Shown: piece after piece, positions 38,639-48,377 of the stretch
Layout of the letters: each line of letters starts with the position of its first letter
Numbering within the stretch: position 1 is the first letter of the stretch
NCBI GenBank assembly: GCA_043228905.1
Contig: JBHGNT010000227.1
Coordinates: 1 to 48,377, forward strand
Source of the DNA: Azolla caroliniana
Lineage: Eukaryota > Plantae > Polypodiophyta
DNA: 48,377 nucleotides
Direction of reading: 5' to 3'
Made by a program: the position numbers and the translations under genes
Notes under the pieces: model-generated
Seen by the model: the letters and a program-made list of their open reading frames with translations, nothing else
Told to the model about the DNA's origin: nothing
Databases searched by the model: none

Positions 38639-38690
38639 CCTGTTCCTGTTCCTCTCTCTCTTCCCCTGCTCCTCTCTCTCTCTCTGGTTG
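38565..38690. repeat. (CT)n microsatellite with a repeated CTCTCTTCCCCTG(C/T)TCCT unit in the MED26-like upstream/5'UTR region
   Basis: Three TTCCCCTG(C/T)TCCT units separated by (CT)n. Confidence 0.7.
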
Positions 38691-41600
38691 TTACTACTAC
38701 ACACACATACATACATACTCCAAAAGCATCATCAGAGAAATCATAAATTTGAGCCAACCCAAGTTTCAACCCTTGTCCTCGGCCTCGTATAATTTCGGTC
38801 TCGCCTCAACACCTCAAAAACCAAAGAAACTTCCAATCAAATTCGTGTGTCTTCGCGTCCACTCGGAACTTTTGGCGGACACATTACACGGAGCCTTTTT
38901 GAGGCACTGATTATTAACATGTTGACCCGCACCAATCATCTGATCCATAGTTTTCTCGGGCTCCAGTTTGTGCCGAGGGAACTTGCCTCGCTTAGGATCA
39001 TCTCACATTGTAGGAGATGCACATAGAGTATTTCCGTTATGCAGTAGAGGATGTTTGCATGCAAGGCAAATCATATTTCATCAATGTTTCTCTCGAGATC
39101 TAGACTAGGGCAGCATTTGATTACAATTGGTCCTACACACACACACACACATATATATATGCAATAGCTCTTTTCACACTATGGCAGAGGTAGATAAAAA
39201 TGAAAATGCAAGCAAAACACCAATATTTATTTTGGTTCCAATTTAGTATGGTAGGTCACAATGGCTAAAGACACATTTGGTTGCAATTGTTTCTCTTTAC
39301 TATAAATGTTGGAGTGGTGATTAGTTTTAATACTTTATATATTATCCAGATAGTTTTAAATTTCTATTGTCCTTAAGAATGATCACTATTAACAAGAGCT
39401 CTAAAAGAATGCTAGCCAATCATTTTATGGTAGTATATGTAGCAATAATATGCACCAATAGTTATAGCAATCTTTACTAGTGGATGCGGTTAAACTTTAA
39501 TAAGGATTCCATCTGCTAATTATTTAGATTCCCAAATCTTGCTTCAATATTTGTCATCTCGTATATAGGTGAAAATCATTTGATGTTCAGAACCATCACA
39601 CATATAATGTCCAACTTTCCCAATAATTGTTGGCACTCTCTCAATGTGCACATCATTTTTCTTCATCGTCATAATCACTTATGGCTAATGACAGCCAATA
39701 AATGGCCATCTTGATGTCAGCCATATAATCCCATGTCACCTAGTTATGCATCACATGTCCTTAGAATGTGAATAAATCAATCAAGTTACATCACCCAACT
39801 CTACCACCTCACCTCAAGTCATAAAACCATTATGAAAGGAAAATGATCAAATACATGGGGTCAAGCTTAATGACAGGGCAGGAATTGAACCCCATGGAGG
39901 CAAACATCGTATATGACCCCAATGAGTATGTATGTTGACCAGATGTCAACTGGACACATCTATATATACTAGTGACAAATACTACATTGGAAATGTGTGT
40001 TGATTTAATTTAGCATGCTAGTTATTATAAATGTTTTTATTGTTTTTAATATTATTTATGTACTCGTTAATTAAGCAAAGTCTAGATTAGTTATGGCTGG
40101 TTACATTATTTTCCTAAGAAAATTAATCGGCTACCGTAACCTACGTATATGCCCAATGTGAAGTGTGCATTTTCTACAAATTGTTCCTTTCAATGGCTAA
40201 TAAAGAGAATAGAACATATTTTTTATTGTCCACGGGGCCAAATTTGACCCATTGGACTAAATAAACATGTCATCTTGGACATAACTCGTCTTGAGGTGGG
40301 GGGTTCCTACTTTGTAATAAAAACTCCTCTTTGTGAAAATAATGGATGGACATATGTGCTCACCATTCTTACAGGATATTTGAGTACAATACTTAAATTA
40401 TCGTGCTTGTCAAATAAGTCATCATACTTCTCACAAATTACCATATATTTTGAGCACTTGAGAAGTGATATTAATCCTTTATTACGTTCTCATTGTATAT
40501 ATTCATACTTACGTGATGATAGTCCCGATACTATCTCAAAACCTAACTTGTATGAGCGAGTTTGAAAAAGTGTTAAGGCTCATGGGGGGCACTGGGCAGT
40601 AAGATGTGGTTGGATATGTTTTGACATATTTGCATTATATAGAGGTCACTGAGGGTTAACATTTGTGATGTCCAAAGGTTGTCTTCTCTCAAATAACCCT
40701 ATTAGACAATAGAATAAACTCATTAGCCACATTCTTGAATTCGTTTTGACACTTAGATTTAAGTCCTATATGAGGTTGATAATTAACCATTAAGATGAAA
40801 CCATTGCAAATTTCTTTTAATTGATGAGACGCTCAATATGTTTTTACTAATCTATAAGGCAATGCATAATAACATGACAATGGCATGAAATAACAGTAGA
40901 GTGAACAATTACTATGACAAAGTTATTGGACATATCAATTAATTCAATGGGTAGAGAGTGATTGGTCTTCAAATGACCATAAACGTGTCAAGTTCGGGAA
41001 CATGAAAGCAAGAGCATTTTTCAAGATTTTTTGGAAATATAATGGAATTTTTGTAAAATCGATTAATTTCTTTACTCCTCACCTCTTTTTAATTTTCTTT
41101 ATGTACGCACATATCCTCGCATGTAGAATTTATTTATAGCCATGTCATTGTTTATCGATTTTGCAAAACCACGTGATTGAGGTGTAGTTTCTGATGAACC
41201 TTACAAATCAATCCATGCCATCACATACTTCCTTTTCTCCTTTTATTTGTGGTTATCATTTATGCAATTTGACAATACACAAACTTTCATTTGTTGAAAT
41301 GAGTGTGGCATTTTGTGGTCCTCCTTGTCTAGTTTTCTAGGTCACTGTGGACAGAGCCAACCAATTTCTTAGTCATTTTCCTATGTGCTTTACACATAAG
41401 CATTGGATGACCGCACTTTTATTTCTTAAGGCCTCATTCACAAATAGAGAGCACACCATTTTCCAATATTACACATGTCCTTTTACATTAATGTTGTGTG
41501 TGCAAGAAAGATATAACAATATCTTATCGATGCAGAAATTTCCCCTCGTGATCTATGCTTTTCTTTGACGACAATAGTCAATGGAATTCACAAACACCAC

Positions 41601-42335
41601 CAACACAAATGTTTTACATGATACAATTACTTGTTGGAATGTATAACAAAATTTTGATTATGTGAAATATTTTGATCATTGTTGTGATTTGGTTGATTGA
41701 ATTGCCTTGGTGTATTGCATTGGTCTTAAAATGTGGAAGAGATCACTTCAATGTCCCACTTAGATTTCTTATTTGTAAGATTTTGAACTTTAACGCCAAA
41801 AGTAACTTGTGGAAATCCTATCCACTAGTTTTAGTGATCCTATAAATTTATTTTTATTGGAGGCAATATCAAAGAAAGGCGTGTAAGCCAAATCTTTAGC
41901 TTATTTGTTTGTGAAATAATATTTTAACTCACCCATTGTAGATTGTGTCATACAATAACTATGACCCTGTTTCACTATGATTTTCTTTGTTATTTCCCTC
42001 ATCTTGTTCGGTGTAGCATTTGAAGGTGGCCAAGGAGAAAATAAGAGATACAATACGATAAGTTGATGAGAAGGAAGCATGTGATAAGTCAACATACATT
42101 TTGTTGAAACAAGGTGCTCGTGCAAGGATAAGGACAAGTGCATACGAACAAACAAATAAACCAACACACACACACACACATATTCATAAACACAAATACA
42201 CCTACATACATATTTACACATTCTAACACACATAACCCTCCAATAAAAATACATGCACATACATGTGTAAGTGTGCACAATCATAAAAACAAATACATTC
42301 CTTCTTCTAATGCACAAGAGATCGCACGCGCGCAC

Positions 42336-42370
<35 letters not shown>

Positions 42371-43326
42371 AGTATTAAGCCAAACGTACCAATCGTAAGC
42401 ATACACATTAAAACATAAACTCCATCAAAGATGCATCCACATACCAAACACACTCAAAAACCAATAATAAACACAAACATTAAACCATACATGCAATCCA
42501 AGTTGCATCTACATATAAGCCTCAAATATATATCTTAAATACTCACATTACAAAACATAGAGGAGGTGTAAACATATTTCACCCACACATACAATATAGT
42601 GACATACTCAGAAAATGTAATTTTTTTACATGTGGGCTACTCTAAACTAAGAAAGGAAGAACACCGTGAATAGAGGAAGTTAACAGTAGAACTAAGACTT
42701 TTAGAAATCTAAAGAGGTGAGGGTGAAAGAACGAGAGGTCTCACTACCAAACATTGTTTTAATCATACTATCAAAATTGAGGTGAGATAACAGTAGAGAA
42801 AGAGTGATGATGAAAGGGATAAACGAGATAATAGTGGATAGAGTGAGCAAGAGAGAACGTTAATGCAAGAAATTAGTTGAGATAGTAGTAGATAGATAGA
42901 TAGATAGAGATGGAGAGTAAAGATGAAAAGAAATATGTGTTAAGATAAAGAGATACAATAACGAGCTTACTTGGAGGACTCGACACTGGTGTTGTACCCG
43001 AACGTTTGACAAAAGTGAAGGGCTTCATAATATACTGGGTTGTGGAGCATTCTAGGGTTTTCTAGAATGTTTCGGGAAGTTCCAGAATGTTCTAGGGTTC
43101 TATCCACATTCGATCATAACCCAACCAATCCCCCAAATAACATAGTTTATTGCATAGGATCTTGGAATTGAGAACCGCTGCAACTTCATATTCAGGACCA
43201 TTAGCCAGTAAAAAAGGAGGTGGCAGTGGTATCATACGATTTGGAATAGTATTTGTGGCACAAGGTTCGAGAAGGGAACAATGAAATACTAGGTGAAGTC
43301 GCATATGGGAAGGGAGATTGAGACGG

Positions 43327-44386
43327 TGTCGTGAAGATTCACGGCCACAGTGAGAAAACCGGGGCTATTGGGAATATCAGCAGGGTGCGGCGTGAACACT
43401 CACCCTTGTATAAACGTGTAAGATAATCGGGGCGCCTTTATGGCGCCTAACAGGAGTTAATTCGAGACAAAGAATCTCATGTAAAGCAGGATTTATCCCA
43501 CATTGTTACGCATCCCTCTCCTTGTTCTATAAAAGGGAGGGAGCGTCCCTTGTAAAAGGGTTCCCCATTGTGGGTTCCTTCATAATAGTATTGTTTCTCC
43601 TCTTGTGATGGCTTTCTTCCTTTCTATCCCTCGAAGTAGGTTTTTGTTTCTTTTTCTGTTTCCTACTAGGGTTTTGTCTGTTGTGCGTGAGCAAATGCGT
43701 GTGTTCGTTGCAGCTAACAGTACGCAGACTATCTTCTCTCTCTCTTTCTCTTTGTTTGGTTGCTTCTCCACCCCGCGTCTCTCTATGTGGGTGTCCTTGT
43801 TGTCCCGCGTTGTTGCTCAGGTCGAGCCCGTGTGCTAGAAGGTTTTGTGTAGAAAACCCCTCTCTGCCGTGCAAGACCCCACTCGCGATGGCGAGCCTGT
43901 GTGCTCCCGACTGGCGGCTTGGCGACGAGAGGCCGTTGTTCGGACTGTGTGGAGCCGGCGTTGCGTCGAACGCCGCGTACGTATGTGGGTGTGTGTGTTC
44001 CCGGGAGGCAGTGTAGGTCCCAGAGGTCTTGCTTGCGGGTGCGTGTAGTGAGTCGGTGTAGGGGTGTCGGTCGTAACCGGTGTATATATGTGTGCGCGCA
44101 GGAGTGGTTAACCGGGCCGTGGCCCGTGCTTCTTTTGAGGCCCTTCTACATATGGGCAGGAGGGTCGTGCGAATAAGCGCGCCCTCTTCTTTCAAGAGTC
44201 TGAGTCGCTTTTGGAACGCATCTGGAATCGTCCAGATCGGTCGTTCCCGAACACCATCCGGAACCGATCCGACCGGCAACGCGACAGGTTCTGGAGGAAT
44301 CGGCCTTCTGGATACTCCTCCCCTCCTGATCCATGACCTCGGTGGTCCCGCCCGGATCCGACATGCAAGCGCGGGATTCCGCGACA
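43327..44386 (+). mobile_element. Young GC-rich solo LTR (1060 bp) with 4-bp TSD ACGG
   Basis: Starts TGTCGTGAAG and ends GATTCCGCGACA (TG...CA, short terminal inverted repeat). ACGG flanks both sides (43323-43326, 44387-44390). TATAAAAGGG lies at 43528. Removing the LTR and one TSD copy restores the host integrase frame. Confidence 0.88.
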
Positions 44387-44786
44387 ACGGAAAGGCGCCT
44401 CACTAATTTTGAATGAGTTCCTAAATGGTGCTAATTGCTGATAATCGAGTTTATCACAAGTTCGTTCTCATGTGTCGACATAATAACCATACATGATCGT
44501 CAATGTGAAACATATGTTGAAATCTGGTTATTTGGTGTATTATTATGTCATTAGCTCTTTGGATAATATGGAAAGCGAGATGTGATGCCATTTTTAATAA
44601 TGCTCACATACCTTTCCGCACCATGCTTATTGAATTCTGGCTATTATTTGTCCATACACTATGTGATCAATATGATGATCAGTAGGGTTCAGCTGATGTT
44701 CTATGGCAACGTCAAGTGGCCTTTAAGAAACGATGGCAATGACTTCACTTATTTTGCAATACAACTTTTGGTTTGAGGTGGAATTA

Positions 44787-44974
44787 TGCCATACCTTCTT
44801 TTTTCTTTTTTTTCCATAAAAATATGCTCCATTGGTATTAATAAAAAGCCAAAGGCAATATACAAATAGTACATAATACTGTTTCCTCTGCACAAATACA
44901 TATTATCAAAAAACTACATTGTTGCCAATAACACCTTTGCTAGTAGAGCACATTTTTGCCATACCTTCTTTTTT
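44787..44974 (-). mobile_element. Very short retroposed (LINE 3'-end-like) insertion with 18-bp TSD
   Basis: TGCCATACCTTCTTTTTT at 44787-44804 and 44957-44974 flanks about 150 bp. On the - strand the insert ends GCATATTTTTATGGAAAAAAAAG, resembling the L1 tail GCAGTATTTTTTGGAAAAAAG at about 27830. Confidence 0.7.
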
Positions 44975-45249
44975 GTTGCATAGCTCATAGTTTTTGCTCC
45001 ACTCGTTTCTTATATGATATCATCAATTTGATTAGATGTTTGTATTAGCCCTTGTATCACAAACACGTTCGCGTTTAGAAGTGGAAGGATCACACATTAC
45101 ATTATTAGATTCCTTTTATACTTTGCGATTTTAGGCAATTTTCAGAAAGTTGGTACACCAGTATCACATGTCGTAAATAACATATAAAGTTTGCTACTTT
45201 TTTGAGACTTAACAAGTGTCAAAATGATCATTTCTCACAATTCAGTACT

Positions 45250-45420
45250 TAGTACCGAATTCAAGTTTCGAATTGTGATGTTTTCATCAATATCGAATTC
45301 AGGTTTAAAGTTTTTCTTTTTTGAAAAAGCAAAATTGAATAAAATAAAAACTTTGAACCTGAATTCGATACTAAGAATCCAATTGTGATGAAAACACTTT
45401 GAACCTGAGTATCGAATTGT
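45250..45420. repeat. Inverted-repeat cluster (GAATTCAGGTT motif)
   Basis: TATCGAATTCAGGTTTAAAGTTTTT (45291-45315) pairs with AAAAACTTTGAACCTGAATTCGATA (45346-45370) with one mismatch. Related copies lie at 45253 and 45397. Confidence 0.7.
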
Positions 45421-48377
45421 ATTGCAATCTAAATTGTACTAAAATCTCTGTTTTTAGAATAATTGTATCGATGGTAATCATTGTGTATGACTTTACATTG
45501 ACAAAAGTTGGATGATTAAGGATGTCAACGATAGAAATAATAAAAGAGAAATTACCAAGTCTAGAAGGTGTCTCAGATTGAAGGTGAACAAGATTTAGTG
45601 CATATAATTTGGGGACACCATCTGGTTTTAGATGAAGACAATGCTTTGGTTGGTACATTTGAAAATGAGGAGGAAGAGTCATAATTGTATATTAGCTATT
45701 TTGTGCAACGATATGTATCAGATTTAGACAACATTTTATTCAATGATATACAAAAGTTGATTGTTTTGAAATCTTTTGCTTTTGCTTTCTTTAAGATCTA
45801 AAAAATTATTAGTTGTCATCTTTCCTTTAAAATACACAAAGTTACTTTTTGTATTTGGCAAAATTTTGACATTTTCCAGTTTTAGCAAATGGTGAAATTT
45901 TTAGCTTTTTCATCAAGTTTTCGAGAACATGTGATACTGGTATCAAGGTGTTTTGTGAAATGGCAAAAAACGCCCCAAAATCAGACGGAATATTCCTTAT
46001 CCTTCCATTTGTGCACGATCCTTCCACTTGTGAACGAACGTGTTCACAATAGAAGTGAGATGAAATGTCTCCTTCTGTTTTTTCTATGTACATTTCTCAA
46101 GTAATATACTAAGGTATATCTTTCTTAAAAAAACAACGATGATCTACAATGCTTTTGTGGGATGCTATCGCTTATTGTAAATGACTTGACACCTCTGCTT
46201 GACACTGTTGCAGTTGAGATAACTGATCTTCCACACTTGGATTTATAGAAACTCTAGGAAGCTCCAAGAAAGACCATTGAGGAAGATAACCACTATATGC
46301 GAAAAATGGGTGTGACCTTAGTAGAGGAATGGACTGAATTACTACATACAAACTCAATGAAATGCAAAATATTAGTCTAATCATCTTGTTGGTAGCTAAT
46401 GAAACAACAAAGATATTGTTCCAATGTTTGATTAGTGTGTTTGGTTTTATCATCAATTTGTGGATGATAGAACAGAGTTTGCAAGAGATAGGGAGTAACG
46501 ACAATATATGCCACCAAAACCTAGACACAATTGAGACCCATGGTCACTAATAATGTTGTCTAGGGAGCCATGATGTCAAAAAACTTCTTTCATAACAAGA
46601 TTAGTTGTTTCTTTGCAACTAATTCTCTTAATACATGGTATAAAATGTGCCATCTTCGTAGTCGATCAACTATTGTTAGAATAGCATCAAAACCTTTAGA
46701 AAGTGGCAAATAAAATATAAGGAAATAGATTGCCAAGGTCGTTCGGGAATTGGATGCAACAATCCATAGGGGAAATGGCAAGGTATCTTTGTCCGACAAC
46801 AAGTGTCACATACACGGATGTAATCTTCCACAAAATTACGGATCCGAGGCCACCAAAATGATCAAGTAACTAATTCTAAATGTTTTATGGATCCTGAAAT
46901 GTCTAGCCATATAAGTATCGTGACAGAGCTCTAAGATTTTGAGATGAGTAGACTCATCTAGGACATATAAAAGTTCATTCTAGTGTAAGCTTCCGTCATG
47001 CCACTTGAACGTCTTATAATCTATATGAAGTTGTGCTGAAAGTTGTGATGTAGTGCATTCAGGATGATACGATCTAATATTTCTTGAGCAAAAATATTTG
47101 AATGAATAATGCCAATGTTATTTTCAGGAAGCAAATGCATTTTAAAAGGTTATGGGGTTCAATGCACATTTTTAGGGAAGATGGATATCACATAATATGA
47201 ATGTATATTGTTCCTATCATTTTGGGAAACAATGTCTACTAACTTTGTTTATGAACTCTGTTGCTACAAATGTTGGTGGTATAGGTTACATTGCATGCTC
47301 AGTTGTAGTTAGCGAGGAATATACCATAAAAATTAGGGAGATTTGGTGGACAAATATGTGTAGTTCTTGTATATACACATCAAAGCGGCCATGATGTGAG
47401 CACAATGGAGTCAGTTGGTATACTCCTTTATCCAACACAATTTGTATTTCTTATGATTTTATAATACCAAGGAGTATTTCTTATGATTTTATAACTATGA
47501 CATGAGAGGGTTTGTTTCTGAATAGAGCTACTTTCGTTGTTGCCTATGGATATGGATACCTGTCACGGACACACCATGACAATACCTTGCAATGTGTCTA
47601 GGGAATAGATTAGAATTGCTGGATTGTTTTCTCTATGTTGAGTACATAGATTTGTTTCCTTAACCATTGTCTACACAAGACGGGTTTGGGAGAAAATACT
47701 TTGTATGATGTAACCGTTATGACCTTTCTTTATAACTAATGGAAGGATAATTTGTTTTGAAAAAAAAATACCAAGGCATATCTCTTTAGGGAGAAAAAAA
47801 TCATCTAAATGAATATCATGTGATATGATGTTTAAGTATTTTTGTATCTAATGGGATAACTGAGACTTAAGTTGTGTGTAATCATGTAGACACCAAAAGA
47901 GCTTATGTTTTATTATCAAAGGCTGACTCACCAAGACGAGGAGTGAGATATGAATGTCGAGATAAAGCATTTGCTTCTCCCTGTAAAGCTCATTGCCAAT
48001 ATATAATTTTCAGATTGAATCGAATGAGAAACTATGCCCAACGAGCTTGTCGCTACTAGGGAAATCCTTGTTAATTTCTTTTCCTCTGCTTAGTGATATG
48101 TTTACTTTGAAAATAATTGGTTCGACAAGAATGACCGAACTTCATTATATAGTGGGCTGTTGAGAATTCTAGGGTTTTCTACAATGTTCCAGGAATATTA
48201 AAAGTTTTAGAATGTTTCTAGGAAGTTCTAGAACGTTCTAGGGTCTACCATCATGAGATTATGTTACAATATGATAATTATGACTACAAGATGGTTTAAT
48301 GGTTAAGTCCTTAGCATTTGTACACATACTAAACAAGTTTAAGCCTTGTCATTACATGGTGGTCATCACACAATCAT

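Larger units (their letters stand above)
42900..48253 (-). mobile_element. Decayed chromoviral Ty3/gypsy LTR retrotransposon with nested insertions
   Basis: Similar LTR-like segments lie at about 43020-43108 and 48135-48253, both beginning TG...AGA(A)CCCTAGAAC on the - strand. Integrase remnants at about 46170-47000 include FWWPRIRNFVEDYIRVCDTC, GFDAILTIVDR and SHPFFAYSG. The GPY/F-region and chromodomain remnant CDKLDYQQLAPF...FRLNLPSHMRLHLVFHCSLLEP...EYEVAAVLNSK...YLGDWLGY spans 44460->43110 and is split by the solo LTR. Confidence 0.7.

Noticed and set aside
40900-41900. Possible transposase remnant on the - strand (CVKHIGK-like word near 41390)
   Set aside because: A single short motif amid stops is insufficient support.
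41901-42398. ORFs rich in C/V/Y or H/T
   Set aside because: These are translations of (CA)n/(TG)n low-complexity sequence.
43527-44387. 286-aa ORF and overlapping ORFs
   Set aside because: They lie entirely within the GC-rich solo LTR with no recognisable domain. Long ORFs are expected by chance at this GC content.

Overview
Eukaryotic nuclear DNA from a land plant: AT-rich, spliceosomal introns, many (GA)n/(CA)n microsatellites. The look is fern-like, but that is inference and I could not verify it. Five protein-coding genes can be reconstructed by hand. They are a single-exon secreted proline-rich/extensin-like protein (-), a 7-exon farnesylated type-I DnaJ/Hsp40 (+), a 6-exon plastid/thylakoid type-I signal peptidase (+, with a GC-AG intron), a 15-exon sucrose synthase (-) and a 9-exon TFIIS-N/MED26-like protein (-). 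The intergenic DNA is a nest of mobile elements: a 5'-inverted (twin-primed) L1 with an 18-bp TSD, a decayed Ty1/copia pol, and a decayed chromodomain Ty3/gypsy carrying a young solo LTR and a tiny LINE insert. It also holds tRNA-derived SINE-like units built from two convergent tRNA heads, and LTR-like promoters with heat-shock-element arrays. The most notable observations are four. (1) The sucrose synthase is fully intact in frame and splicing, yet has Trp in place of the invariant phosphate-binding Arg of MARLDRVK, plus other CpG-type substitutions. (2) The L1 shows a clear twin-priming structure with templated junction filler. (3) The SINE-like units have convergent double tRNA heads. (4) The HSE-TATA LTR modules lie next to tRNA-like heads. 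No CRISPR array, rRNA or bona fide tRNA gene was found. All exon coordinates were read by eye and need RNA-seq confirmation.
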